Assembly: GCA_035542975.1 (NCBI GenBank)
Contig: DATKKK010000040.1
Location: 13,857 to 77,856 of the forward strand
From: Candidatus Bathyarchaeia archaeon
Lineage (GTDB): Archaea > Thermoproteota > Bathyarchaeia > Bathyarchaeales > Bathycorpusculaceae
Direction of reading: 5' to 3'
DNA length: 64,000 nucleotides
The position numbers and the translations under genes were made by a program. The notes below the pieces were generated by a model that made no database searches, was not told the origin of the DNA, and saw nothing but the letters and a program-made list of their open reading frames with translations. Shown here piece after piece: positions 16,572 through 26,276 of this stretch. Each line of letters begins with the position of its first letter. The first letter of the stretch is position 1.

Positions 16572-16826
16572 TCATTGAAGTAAAGAAAGATGCATGTAAT
16601 AAATCCGAGGTATGCGGTCAGTTGTTAAAGCTGCGAGTATTAACCCTATGACTTCTGATATCAAAAACAGCAGAAAGAACGAGAAAACCAAACCTTCATC
16701 TTCAAAGTTGTCATCCAACTCGATCATTCCTGCTAGATTATTGAGAACAAAAACCATCATAAAGGATAACGTTATTGCAGAAAAGAGCAACCAAAGAGCG
16801 AGAATGACCTTATTGTATTTCTCCAT
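16572..16826 (-). CDS. Small membrane protein (2 TM), hypothetical
   Basis: 84 aa with two clear hydrophobic helices (VILALWLLFSAITLSFMMVFVL; LVFSFFLLFLISEVIGLILAAL). No family recognised. Confidence 0.4.
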   Translation of the reverse strand: MEKYNKVILALWLLFSAITLSFMMVFVLNNLAGMIELDDNFEDEGLVFSFFLLFLISEVIGLILAALTTDRIPRIYYMHLSLLQ

Positions 16827-16938
16827 TTTTCCTACCCATGACTATGTTACTATTGAGTTTTGAACTAATATATGTTCAGTTCTAACCAACCAACATTACT
16901 ATCCAACGGAAGAGGCACGCTAATAATTTATGTGCCAA

Positions 16939-17181
16939 TTAATCTGTAGTCAGCTTGTCTACTATCTTTCTTACAGCTGGAATTACTAGCAAGCTTGTCG
17001 GAAGTCCCACAGCAAATCCTACCAAAAAGCCTCCTGCAAATCTCATAGGAAAACCAGCATCGACCCCAGTCATTATTGCAGTCATTGTCACAGTTATGGT
17101 AAAATCCATAGCCAACGTCATGAACGTAGCAAATAGCAAAGTGGAATACTTCTTGTTCACTTTCACCATTATCACCAACAC
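16939..17181 (-). CDS. DUF2798-like small membrane protein
   Basis: 80 aa: KYSTLLFATFMTLAMDFTITVTMTAIMTGVDAGFPMRFAGGFLVGFAVGLPTSLLVIPAVRKIV fits my recollection of DUF2798. Confidence 0.55.
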   Translation of the reverse strand: MLVIMVKVNKKYSTLLFATFMTLAMDFTITVTMTAIMTGVDAGFPMRFAGGFLVGFAVGLPTSLLVIPAVRKIVDKLTTD

Positions 17182-17435
17182 AGCGCAATTAAAATAGACT
17201 CCGATAAGTGTTCACATATATTTTTCTTCTAGCGCACTCTTCAAAAAACGCAGATGAACCTTCTTTCTAGCTCTTCATCTCAACCGCTTCAAGTCATTAA
17301 TGCTGCACTCGCATTCGCTCGCGCTTCAGCCAGCAAAATTCAAAACGACAACAAGTAGGCGCTTACTATCTTCGGTTGCGCTCAACCGATTATCTTTTAT
17401 TTTTCTATCCTCATACTTCATAACGGTGCAAAGAG

Positions 17436-17876
17436 TTGAGCGAATTTCCAGATACTGAATTTCCTGAAAGGAAAGTGCTGAAAGATCTACTGACTAAACT
17501 CAAAAGCCACACCATATCTTCCGAAGAGGAGCTTAGGAAAGAAGAAGAACGTTTCATGAAACGTTTCGAAGAATCACACGAGAAATTGAAGATCTTGTCA
17601 AAAAAATGCGAAACAACGCCCAGCGTGAAGAATGCGGTTGATGTTTTTTCAGAAATCATAATTCGCATGGATCTGCTTGCGGAAGACTTTGCTAAGAGCG
17701 TTCATAGAAACGAAGAGAACGTGAAATTCTACATCGAGGCGCTTGAGGAATATTCAACAGAACTCGACGGAACCTTAACAGACATTTTCGAACGCGCCAG
17801 AAAAGACGCTGAAGAACAGATAAAACAACAAGAAGAAATGAGAAAACGAACAAGTCCAGACTCATACACAGCGTAA
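17436..17876 (+). CDS. Hypothetical acidic coiled-coil protein
   Basis: 146 aa, TTG start, Glu/Lys-rich heptad-like sequence. No family recognised. Confidence 0.45.
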   Translation: MSEFPDTEFPERKVLKDLLTKLKSHTISSEEELRKEEERFMKRFEESHEKLKILSKKCETTPSVKNAVDVFSEIIIRMDLLAEDFAKSVHRNEENVKFYIEALEEYSTELDGTLTDIFERARKDAEEQIKQQEEMRKRTSPDSYTA

Positions 17877-17987
17877 CAACACGCGCTGAAAAAAACGCGC
17901 TCTCAATCGAAGACCTATAGAACCCAAACAAAGAAAGTATGGGGAGATGCTCTATTCTTTAGGCTGCGGCGTTTCAAAAAGCTGCGT

Positions 17988-18140
17988 CTACTTCTTCAGT
18001 TTCTCTTCTAGAGCTTTCACGCGAGCATTTAGTTCATCAATCCTTTTCTTGTCCGCCTGTCTTGCCTCAGACATATGCTTCTTCATACTTTCTTCAAGTT
18101 CCTCGAATTTTTTCTTGATTTTCTCCATTTCATTGGACAC
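17988..18140 (-). CDS. Small (50 aa) coiled-coil protein, not in the ORF track
   Basis: Own translation: GGGAGGTGAAAAGTA-GTG then SNEMEKIKKKFEELEESMKKHMSEARQADKKRIDELNARVKALEEKLKK*. Strong SD at ideal spacing. Confidence 0.45.
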   Translation of the reverse strand: MSNEMEKIKKKFEELEESMKKHMSEARQADKKRIDELNARVKALEEKLKK

Positions 18141-18217
18141 TACTTTTCACCTCCCACTGACATATTAATCAAACTTGGAAATGACGCGCATGCTAACAGG
18201 GTCTTTCCGATAACAGA

Positions 18218-18904
18218 TTACTCTTCCCTCCTTTTTCCTAATAAATCCATTAGGTCCAAGAAAAGGTTCACGAAATCCAGATAGAGGTTAAGGGCACCTA
18301 GTATTTCTTTCTTTTTAATATCTTCATCGCTACCTATCAGAGTACGTTTGATATTTTGCGTGTCATAGGCTGCGAAGGCAGAAAAAACTGCGACACCAAT
18401 AATACTAAGTATCGTGTCAAGAACTGAATTTCTAATGAATAAATTAACGATTAATGCCAGAACAATCCCGATCAAGGCCATCGTTGCAATGTTGCCTACA
18501 GAAGTGAGATCTGCTTTTGTAACATATCCGTAGAGGCTCATAAAGCCAAACATGACGGCCGTAATCAAAACCACATAAGCAATGGAATATATTGAGAACT
18601 CCAAGAAGATTGATGAAAGGGTCAGCCCTGTGAGGAAGCAGTATAGCCCGAATGCGATTTCCGCAAGATTGTCAGGTATTCGTTTTATAAAAGCGAATAC
18701 AGTGACTATGGCCATAAACTGGGCGATTAATAACCCAAAAAAAACAATATCGTTACCCAGTATCACGTTGTATATATCTGGATCCTGCGAAACAACGTAG
18801 GCAGTAACGCTGGTTATCATTAAGCCTATGAACACCCAGAGAAACACTTTTTGAACATAGGTATTGATTGTTTCAATTCGGCTTGAAACGCAAGTGTTGG
18901 GCAA
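18218..18904 (-). CDS. Bax inhibitor-1 / YccA (TMBIM) family membrane protein
   Basis: 7-TM protein; N-terminus ...TYVQKVFLWVFIGLMITSVTAYVV and C-terminus ...GALNLYLDFVNLFLDLMDLLG are family-typical. TTG start. Confidence 0.8.
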   Translation of the reverse strand: MPNTCVSSRIETINTYVQKVFLWVFIGLMITSVTAYVVSQDPDIYNVILGNDIVFFGLLIAQFMAIVTVFAFIKRIPDNLAEIAFGLYCFLTGLTLSSIFLEFSIYSIAYVVLITAVMFGFMSLYGYVTKADLTSVGNIATMALIGIVLALIVNLFIRNSVLDTILSIIGVAVFSAFAAYDTQNIKRTLIGSDEDIKKKEILGALNLYLDFVNLFLDLMDLLGKRREE

Positions 18905-19101
18905 AACAGATCGCTTCGACGCAGTTCCCCTATCCTTTGTTTATCCATAAAAGGTTTAGCCATAAAAAGAAAAGCCGCGTTACAGAGTGCGCGCGAACAA
19001 GTCAGAAAGGAAAATATATGTTGAGGTTAAAATAAATATACTAGTTGAAGCAAGTTATCAAGAAATTAAAGAAAGACAGAAAAAGAAAAGGATGACGCAT
19101 C

Positions 19102-19572
19102 ATGCCAAAGAAACCGACTCTTGAAGATGCTAGGAAAAAGCTTGAAGCAAAAACTAGCGAAATTAAGGAAGAATATGAAAGGAAAATAAAAGAGCTAGAA
19201 GCGAAAATTGAACAGCACAAAGGGGAAAGAGATACTAGACTTATTAGGGCTGAAAAGCGGTTTCGCAAAGACTTTTGCGTAACTTTCAAAGGCGTTGTAG
19301 GAGAAGAAGACTATAATTGGCTCTCTGAATGGCTAATGAAAAACAGGGAAAAAGAAATCGAAGAAGCCGAAAAGAAGCACGAAACAAAGCGTGCAAACGA
19401 ATTGAAGGAGATGAGTGTTGAAGATTATCTCTTTCGCTATTTCAATTATCCGAAAATTGAAGGACGGTTAAAGAAAGATATGGAACAAAGCAAATCAGAA
19501 GAAGCCAAGCGACTTTCATTCATCCTTGCAAAATTGAAATTGGAGAAGCTGAGAGTGGAACGAACGACCTAA
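19102..19572 (+). CDS. Hypothetical Lys/Glu-rich coiled-coil protein
   Basis: 156 aa, MPKKPTLEDARKKLEAKTSEIKEEYERKIKELEAKIEQ... No family recognised. Confidence 0.45.
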   Translation: MPKKPTLEDARKKLEAKTSEIKEEYERKIKELEAKIEQHKGERDTRLIRAEKRFRKDFCVTFKGVVGEEDYNWLSEWLMKNREKEIEEAEKKHETKRANELKEMSVEDYLFRYFNYPKIEGRLKKDMEQSKSEEAKRLSFILAKLKLEKLRVERTT

Positions 19573-19759
19573 CCTATCTCCTCCCTGTTCTATTCAATAG
19601 CTGCGTATAGGCGTGCGAGCAAAGCAAAAGAGCGAATGCTTGAAGAGAAAGAATACTGGACGCTACTTCGCACAAACCTACCGTGTGAACTTGTCTTCGA
19701 GTAAGGTTTGAGGAAACGCATCCTGCTTGTATCATGGCCACCTTTCGCATCGTGTTTAT

Positions 19760-20323
19760 TCACTCTGACAGATCATTTGGGCTCAATTCTATTCCAGTTA
19801 TGCCCAAGATGATTTCTGCTATTCCGTTTGATAGATAACCGATGGAGAGTATGTAAACCAAGCTTAAGAAGCCAATAGGTATAGATACTAATGCTACTAC
19901 AGACAAAGTGAAGCTCAATAGACCAACTACTTCAAGCAAACTTCTGAGCGGACTTTGTAAGGTTCTGGTAAATCTGCCGATTAGAAAACTACTGGTTCCA
20001 TGAACCAACAGAGCAACTGAGAGCAGTTGAATCAACGTTTGGGTTATGTCTTGTGGGTACAACATGGCTGTGATCGTTATTACGATTTCTATTAGGCCTG
20101 CTCCCAAATTGATTTCCCTTAACCTAGCTGAAAGGTTTTCGGCGAATGCTCCAACCATAATTCTTGCGAGCCCAACAAATAATAGAGCACCCGCGAGTAT
20201 GAGAATTAGTGTCAAGATATCAAGGCTGGGGTACGCCAAAACCACGGCTGACAGCAGGACACATATAAGCCCGAACACTATGCGTAAGCCACGCAACCAA
20301 CCTTGAACCTTCGTTTCACTCAT
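19760..20323 (-). CDS. HdeD/DUF308-family membrane protein
   Basis: GWLRGLRIVFGLICVLLSAVVLAYP... repeated about 3 times; 6 TM. Confidence 0.65.
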   Translation of the reverse strand: MSETKVQGWLRGLRIVFGLICVLLSAVVLAYPSLDILTLILILAGALLFVGLARIMVGAFAENLSARLREINLGAGLIEIVITITAMLYPQDITQTLIQLLSVALLVHGTSSFLIGRFTRTLQSPLRSLLEVVGLLSFTLSVVALVSIPIGFLSLVYILSIGYLSNGIAEIILGITGIELSPNDLSE

Positions 20324-20436
20324 ACCGGGATCCCCTCAAGACATCGTTGCGTCAATTTTTTCATCCATTATTCATTGTTTACGCACGTAGGCGCGCGCTT
20401 GCATCTATTAAACCAACAGGGGGGAAGGGACGACAG

Positions 20437-21021
20437 TTATCTCCTTTCCATTTCATCCGTTGCAGCTTTCACAAATTCTCCAAGCCATGTGCGGCCAACC
20501 GCCCCAGACACGATCATCTCAGCTCCACTCACGAGCAGAGCCACCGAGAGAATGGCTGCGAGCGTCAGCAGTGCGAGATCGGGGAGAACGAGTACGATAA
20601 ACGATAGAATGATGTCGAGCACACCCACTGCAATCATCATACCTCTAATCCAGCCTGCCGTCTTCTTAAGTGTGGAGGCGATGAATATCCTTCCGAATCC
20701 GTACGCAATGAGGCCAAACGACACGAGCATTAACAGACTCAGCTCGCCATACCCTGGAAACAGTGCGACCAACGCTGCAAGAATCAGAGACATGATTCCC
20801 AATATCGCGCTCAGTGCCCTCAGTCCCATGGAGAGACTACTATAACCTATGAGGGCGATCGACCTGATTCCAGCAAAGAAAAGACCGATCGAGAGCAGCA
20901 AGATGAGAGTCTCGATACCCCAATCTGGATAGACGAGCACCAGAACTCCGAATACCATGGCCAATAAGCCGGTTACTATCTCTAAGGCGCGGAGCCAACC
21001 TGGTTGCTTCAATAGGTTCAA
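20437..21021 (-). CDS. HdeD/DUF308-family membrane protein (paralogue)
   Basis: GWLRALEIVTGLLAMVFGVLVLVYP...; same architecture as 19760-20323. Its start overlaps the stop of the DUF1269 gene. Confidence 0.65.
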   Translation of the reverse strand: MNLLKQPGWLRALEIVTGLLAMVFGVLVLVYPDWGIETLILLLSIGLFFAGIRSIALIGYSSLSMGLRALSAILGIMSLILAALVALFPGYGELSLLMLVSFGLIAYGFGRIFIASTLKKTAGWIRGMMIAVGVLDIILSFIVLVLPDLALLTLAAILSVALLVSGAEMIVSGAVGRTWLGEFVKAATDEMERR

Positions 21022-21857
21022 TCCAAGTCCTCCTCATTCACGGTTTTCACCCGATCTCTCAATAGAGTGTCCGCTCGCATGTCCACCTGGAGCATTTCAA
21101 TGCTATCTTGCGACTCTTTCCGTTTCTTTTTTATGTCGGCGATCCTTGCTTCAATATTCGCTTTGGCTTCACCCCTGGTCTTCGCTGTTTTCTTTTTCAA
21201 GGCATCCACTTTAGCTTTGGCTTCTTTTTCTTGTTGTTCTAACCCCAGCTTCGCCTGCTCTAGCCTAGCATGCAACTTCTTATTCAAGTTGTCAATTTTC
21301 GACTGAATCTTGGTCTTTTGTTCTGCGCTCGACTTAGCTTGCTCTGCCTTCAACTGAGCAATGTCCGCTTTCAGAGCTGCCACACTTTTTGCGTCTTGTT
21401 CGTGTTCGACACTATGGCGTGTGGTGCGAAACACGGTGCCGCCCAGCGCAGCCATTCGCGTATCAACTGGAGTTATCCACTCTTCGCTGATGTCTGAAAC
21501 TATCGCCCATTTGCCAGGCGTAAGCTTCTTGTAAACGTCGTCAAGAAACTCCGCGTTGACCCCAGCCCGATTCATATCCAAGATGCTCCCCGCAAAAGTT
21601 CCGGCTACGGCTCCAATGCCTAAGCCGATTGGTCCGCCTAGAAGTCCGATTAGAGCACCGATTGCTGTTCCTCCAACTGTGCGAATTGGAAAATCGTCTC
21701 CCTTCTGCTTTACGGTAACCTTTCCTTCATCATCCTTTTTTATCACAGCTTGTGCGTGGATGGAAATGCTCCCTTCGGAATCGAGTTCGGTCAGAGCTTT
21801 AAATCCGTCGTACGCTTTTAATTCGTTGTCAAAAACTACTACCAACATTCGTTCCAT
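21018..21857 (-). CDS. DUF1269 glycine-zipper membrane protein fused to a ~130-aa Lys/Ala coiled coil
   Basis: MLVVVFDNELKAYDGFKALTELDSEGSISIHAQAVIKKDDEGKV...GGTAIGALIGLLGGPIGLGIGAVAGTFAGS...PGKWAIVSD, then a QLKAEQAKSSAEQKTKIQSKIDNL... coiled coil. Confidence 0.7.
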   Translation of the reverse strand: MERMLVVVFDNELKAYDGFKALTELDSEGSISIHAQAVIKKDDEGKVTVKQKGDDFPIRTVGGTAIGALIGLLGGPIGLGIGAVAGTFAGSILDMNRAGVNAEFLDDVYKKLTPGKWAIVSDISEEWITPVDTRMAALGGTVFRTTRHSVEHEQDAKSVAALKADIAQLKAEQAKSSAEQKTKIQSKIDNLNKKLHARLEQAKLGLEQQEKEAKAKVDALKKKTAKTRGEAKANIEARIADIKKKRKESQDSIEMLQVDMRADTLLRDRVKTVNEEDLD

Positions 21858-22111
21858 TTAGAAATTCACCTTTCATAACCTAGTTTTAGTGAACGCCTTA
21901 TAAAACTTGCGAATTCAGGTCCGCAACTCTGGTCGTCTAACCAAACTGGTTAAGATTAAAGATTTATCTCGGTTTGCTGGTGGGACTCGAGCACACGCTA
22001 CTTTGTACCTTCTATCGAGTGTGAACATTTTGAAGCGGGCACAATGCCATCCCACATTGGCCCATTAAAGGCTGGGACAATCGGTCTACAAAACGCAATC
22101 TGGAGCGGTCT

Positions 22112-22597
22112 TTAGAATGGGGAGAAATCCATTCTTTCCCATTTGAAACCTACCGTTATATGATAAGAACCTGTTTCTAGTTTGGCGAGAGCCTTATACA
22201 GGCTGGCTATCGTTGCACCTTCATTGCCTCTCTCGCATATCAATAATGCAACAGCTTGTACCTCGCCGTAGCATCTCCACAGAAACTTTACGTGTGGAAG
22301 TGTTTGAATGTTTTCAAAGACTTTTTCAGCGTCATCATAGGCAGCAGACAGCCCTACGATTATTGCAGATAGATTTAAGACATTGAAATTTGGTATTGCC
22401 ATGATTTTTCTATCGATGGCATGACTTTGTTCGAGTTTTTCTATTCGCCTATATATCGTGCTTCTTGTTACGTTCAACTTTTTGGCCAAATCATCATAAG
22501 AATAGATTCCCGTGCAGATTTCATGCAAAATCTTCTTGTCCAGGTCATCAAAAACAACGGACAAAACGATACCCAACCCAATTCCACTTATTAACAA
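22112..22597 (-). CDS. Lrp/AsnC-family transcriptional regulator
   Basis: DDLDKKILHEICTGIYSYDDLAKKLNVTRSTIYRRIEKLEQSHAI (HTH) plus a C-terminal RAM-like domain. The likely true start is the TTG at 22567 (MSVVFDDLDKKIL). Confidence 0.8.
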   Translation of the reverse strand: MLISGIGLGIVLSVVFDDLDKKILHEICTGIYSYDDLAKKLNVTRSTIYRRIEKLEQSHAIDRKIMAIPNFNVLNLSAIIVGLSAAYDDAEKVFENIQTLPHVKFLWRCYGEVQAVALLICERGNEGATIASLYKALAKLETGSYHITVGFKWERMDFSPF

Positions 22598-22780
22598 GCT
22601 CCTTAAATAATATTCTATTCCAGCCTAACTTTGTTTCAATGAAATCGCGAAAAAATCTTGAAAAAAACCATTTCAGCGACGTTCATTCCATAAAACGCTT
22701 AAGAAACATAATTTTGTATCACGCGTTAAATATTAATTGCACGCTCAGGCTCAAATTCTCCAGAAAAGGAGATTTCGTGT

Positions 22781-23278
22781 GTGAAAGAAAAAAACCTACA
22801 AGACAAACATAATCCCTCTTTTGGAAACGGAATTTCCCCCGAAGAAAAGGGAAAGATTCGGCGGAGTTATTCTGTTCAAGAAGAATCTTTGCATATTTTA
22901 CACGTTGATGGTGACGCTTCATTCTTACAAGTTTCGAAGGGGATTTTGGAGGCAGAGAACAAGTTTGAGATTGACACGGCAACCTCTGTTGATGAGGCTT
23001 TCGACAAACTGAAAACGCGTTCGTATGATGCAGTTGTTTCTGATTACGAAATGCCCCTGAAAAGTGGTTTGGATTTTCTGAAGAAACTTCGAGAACAAAA
23101 AAACAGCATTGCGTTTATTTTTTTCACAAGCGAAGACCTAGAAGTAGTTACGGTTAGAGCTTTAAACTTGGGCGCGGATCAATGCATTAACAAGATAGGT
23201 TCTCCTGAAGTAGTATACACTGAATTGGCAGATGCAATACGCAAAATAGTGAATGCAAGAAAGCAAGCGCGTACTTAA
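22781..23278 (+). CDS. Stand-alone response-regulator receiver domain protein
   Basis: ILHVDGDASFLQ...YDAVVSDYEMPLKSGLDFLKKLR...FIFFTSED...ALNLGADQCINK: CheY-like with acceptor Asp in VVSDYEMP. No output domain, and no kinase in the window. Confidence 0.8.
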   Translation: MKEKNLQDKHNPSFGNGISPEEKGKIRRSYSVQEESLHILHVDGDASFLQVSKGILEAENKFEIDTATSVDEAFDKLKTRSYDAVVSDYEMPLKSGLDFLKKLREQKNSIAFIFFTSEDLEVVTVRALNLGADQCINKIGSPEVVYTELADAIRKIVNARKQART

Positions 23279-23433
23279 GGAAGTCTGAATTCCACGAGCG
23301 CGCGCCTTCGTTTGTGCAATATTTTTTTGTACTAAACTCGGTCATATTTGTTTTGACTCGTAGCCCACGCTGAAGCGCACGGCATCAACATGACTTATGA
23401 ACTTAAAGTGGTTCGTTTTTGTTTTGGAATTTT

Positions 23434-23931
23434 CTAGACAAGCGGTCTTTTTGCAGTGAAATTTGTGAATGGACCATTGTAGAGAGTTGAATTGCTCATT
23501 ATGACGATGTGGCCTTCGCTGGTCTTGAGCCAAGTGGCTCGGAAACTCAATTTGATGACGGTTCCCTTAACTGTTCCGAGTTCTATTTTATCGCCCAAAC
23601 GTAGCACGTTCTCGCGCAAAAGCCATATTCCAGATAAAAGGTTTGAGAACGTTGATTGTAATGCCAGTGTTATGCCTAAGCCTATTATTCCCGAGAGAGT
23701 AAGGGAAGATGAAAGTGAAGTAAAGCCAAGACTCTGAAGTATCCATGCAACCGTCAACCCCAACCATATTATCAATATGCCTTCCTGCACGTCTCGAATA
23801 CTACCCTTAGGAAGCTGTGATCGCTCAGCTGCATTCGAAATTGCTTTGATAATTATCAACGATATGAATAGCGAAATACCGACAAAGGCAGCCAATCCGC
23901 CGAGAAGAGCAAGAAATGACGTGTCTGACAT
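23434..23931 (-). CDS. Small MscS-like mechanosensitive channel family protein
   Basis: Start taken at the ATG at 23931 (MSDTSFLALLGGLAAFVGISLF...). TM3-beta domain signature LSGIWLLRENVLRLGDKIELGTVKGTVIKLSFRATWLKTSEGHIVIMSNSTL. Short (165 aa) for the family. Confidence 0.7.
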   Translation of the reverse strand: MSDTSFLALLGGLAAFVGISLFISLIIIKAISNAAERSQLPKGSIRDVQEGILIIWLGLTVAWILQSLGFTSLSSSLTLSGIIGLGITLALQSTFSNLLSGIWLLRENVLRLGDKIELGTVKGTVIKLSFRATWLKTSEGHIVIMSNSTLYNGPFTNFTAKRPLV

Positions 23932-24448
23932 AGCTTGTGTTTTTTGATGTTTGATATATAAAGTTAGTTGCAACCGTTTCTGCTTGAACGAGCATGTCGC
24001 TGGCAACGACGGATGTCTTTGCTGATGCAGAAACAAGCCAGTATGGGACTAGGCTCAGGCTCATCTCCTCGAGCGTCGAGTTTTCCTGAAGATGTCTGTG
24101 CAGCAAACCTCTGTCCATGAGACTGTGAATCTCGGTGAGAACAGGGTCTTTTTCTGCGAACTTCAGCGGGAGCATGGTCTGTTTTCGTATGCCTGCTCAG
24201 CCCTCATTTCCTAGGGTTATTCCTGTTCCGCAGTATTCGCAGGTTATAACCATCTCGCCGAATCTGGGTGAAATCGGTGCGCCACAGTGTGGGCAGTTTA
24301 GGGATGTTACGCCTAAAGGAGCCAGAATCGGTCATGTTGAAGCAGCAGCCTGCTTCGGTGGTGGTGCGGCAACGCTAGTTCCGCATTTTGTGCAGAAGAC
24401 GGCGTCGTCTGGAAGTTGTGCGCCGCATTTGTGACAGTACAAGGTCAA
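23825..24448 (-). pseudogene. Double zinc-ribbon gene interrupted by two in-frame TGA codons (probable pseudogene)
   Basis: One continuous frame from the TTG at 24448: TLYCHKCGAQLPDDAVFCTKCGTSVAAPPPKQAAAST-TGA(24334-24332)-PILAPLGVTSLNCPHCGAPISPRFGEMVITCEYCGTGITLGNEG-TGA(24199-24197)-AGIRKQTMLPLKFAEKDPVLTEIHSLMDRG...LVPYWLVSASAKTS... The tail runs into the MscS start. Confidence 0.5.
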
Positions 24449-24606
24449 ATCACCTTTTTCCTCACATTATTGGGAAGAGTAGTCTTTGCCTAATACGCCT
24501 TTTTACTTTTTCTAACTCGATGCACGTGTTTGTTAACGAAAAACTAGCGTGCGCCCGTTAAGGTCAAGTTTTATCTACAGCGTTTGTGTAATTAGAACCT
24601 TTTGAG

Positions 24607-25542
24607 ATGGGTTCTGTGGGAATTGAGATTCTGGCTTACAGCGAATTGAAGCAAAGGAATGCTTTGCTTCCGTTGATGGAACAGGCTTTCGGATGGCCAT
24701 TCGACCCAGCCGAATTCGAGAAGAGCATCAGAATGGATCCGAGATTAAGAAGTGGCAGTGTCGGGTTCTGCGCCTTGAAGGAAGGAAAGGTGGTTGGGTA
24801 TGCTGGCGTGATGGATTTCACTTTGAGAACTGTTTCTGGAGCAGAAGAGAAGGTTGGTGGTCTTTACGGAGTTGCGACCCATCCTTCATGTACTAGGCAG
24901 GGGATTTGCACGGCGCTGGTGAATCGTTCGCATGAATATTTTATGGCGAAAGGCTATCGTTTTTCGCTTCTCACGACCAGCCCGACGATCGTGGCTCACG
25001 GTTTGTACGGGAAGCTGGGTTACTTTGACGTTGCGCCGTTCCTGTCGGCGTACTTGGGGGTGCGGAAGAAAAAGGTGGAAGTTTCAAAGTGCAGGATTGT
25101 TTTTAAGCTGGATTATGATGGGCTGCTTGAGTTTTTCCGCGAGTACGTCAAGGGCAGAACGGGTTTTGTGATTAGAGATAAAGAGTATTTGAGGATGCTC
25201 TTCAAACAGTACGGGATTTCTGCCAAAGATTGTATAATGATTGAAGAAGGATACGTTATTTTCAAGAAGGAAAAAGAGTCTGTGAGAATTAGAGAGCTTG
25301 TCGCCCGCGATAGTGGTGAAATGAACAGGCTTATCGGGTTGGTGGAAAATAAAACGCAAAAGGCTGTTGTTGGCAGGCTGGGGATTTCAGACTGTAGTGT
25401 AGGTCGAGTATACGCATCGCGGGGCTTCACAGTTCTTGAAGCTGGGCATGGTGTTCTGATGGCTAAGGAATTGGTAGCTGATGCTTCATTCAATGATTGC
25501 TTTGGCAACAGGTTTTATATGAGCGCACTAGACCACTTCTAA
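24607..25542 (+). CDS. GNAT-family N-acetyltransferase (Eis-like two-domain architecture)
   Basis: ...GYAGVMDFTL...LYGVATHPSCTRQGICTALVNRSHEYFMAKGYRFSLL (acetyl-CoA binding motif A) in a 311-aa protein. Confidence 0.7.
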   Translation: MGSVGIEILAYSELKQRNALLPLMEQAFGWPFDPAEFEKSIRMDPRLRSGSVGFCALKEGKVVGYAGVMDFTLRTVSGAEEKVGGLYGVATHPSCTRQGICTALVNRSHEYFMAKGYRFSLLTTSPTIVAHGLYGKLGYFDVAPFLSAYLGVRKKKVEVSKCRIVFKLDYDGLLEFFREYVKGRTGFVIRDKEYLRMLFKQYGISAKDCIMIEEGYVIFKKEKESVRIRELVARDSGEMNRLIGLVENKTQKAVVGRLGISDCSVGRVYASRGFTVLEAGHGVLMAKELVADASFNDCFGNRFYMSALDHF

Positions 25543-25628
25543 CTTGCGCTTCGACATTATGCCTTCATTTTCTCGGTCGGAAGGCTTTAATTCCATAAGC
25601 TCTCAACAGAAAGCAAGGTAGATGAAAA

Positions 25629-26087
25629 ATGAGTGAGCAAACACAGCCTAAAGAGTTACACAAGAAGTTTGCCATTGATTTATTCAATCTCACATGGAGT
25701 CTGCTTGACAAGAAAGACAGAACACCAGACGAAGATGACAAGATGGTTCATGCCGCTCACGCTTCTCGTTTCCACTGGGGCGAAATAGGAACACCCTTAG
25801 AGTTTGAAAGGGGCGAATGGCAAATATCCAGAGTGTATTCGGTTCTGAAAAGAAGCGAGCCAGCCCTTTATCATGCCAAGAGATGCCTTGAAATCTGCAA
25901 AAAGAACAACATAGGAGACTTCGACATCGCCTTTGCCTATGAAGCACTGGCAAGAGCGTACGCCATTGCAGGACTGAAAGCGCAGTGCAAAGAAAACATG
26001 GAACTAGCCGGAAAAGCTGCAGAGCAGATCAAAAAAGAAGATGACAAAAAGTATTTCCTAAATGAACTTAAAACGATTCAATGCTAG
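25629..26087 (+). CDS. Conserved hypothetical helical protein
   Basis: 152 aa with clean coding signal (…HAAHASRFHWGEIGTPLEFERGEWQISRVYSVLKRSEPALYHAKRCLEIC…). No family recognised. Confidence 0.5.
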   Translation: MSEQTQPKELHKKFAIDLFNLTWSLLDKKDRTPDEDDKMVHAAHASRFHWGEIGTPLEFERGEWQISRVYSVLKRSEPALYHAKRCLEICKKNNIGDFDIAFAYEALARAYAIAGLKAQCKENMELAGKAAEQIKKEDDKKYFLNELKTIQC

Positions 26088-26218
26088 ATCGCAACAAACG
26101 CAATTGCAACTTTTGGCCTTTCAATTTGACAATCTTTTTGGCTGACCATTAGCATTCTTCAAGCTACCTAATCAATTGCCTAAAATTGAGAAAAGTGAAA
26201 TCAGACCTCTCAGGTTGT

Positions 26219-26245
26219 GGTTTTGCGGAAAAGGTTATACCTGAA
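26219..26245 (+). promoter_or_regulatory. Conserved motif GGTTTTGCGGAAAAGGTTATACCTGAA upstream of a second methyltransferase gene (copy 2)
   Basis: Matches 14447-14472 apart from one inserted G. Ends 32 nt before the ATG at 26277, nearly the same spacing as copy 1. Confidence 0.6.
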
Positions 26246-26276
26246 CTGAGACCTGACATAGTTAGGGAATGAGCAG

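Noticed and set aside
24197-24334. The two in-frame TGA codons of the zinc-ribbon gene as selenocysteine codons.
   Set aside because: TGA is the commonest ordinary stop in the window (uL3, CBS genes, etfB, Mut7-C...). The positions lie in linker-like sequence (AAST_PIL, NEG_AGI) rather than at Cys or redox motifs. I saw no obvious stem-loop candidate downstream. It is kept only as a low-probability alternative in the finding.
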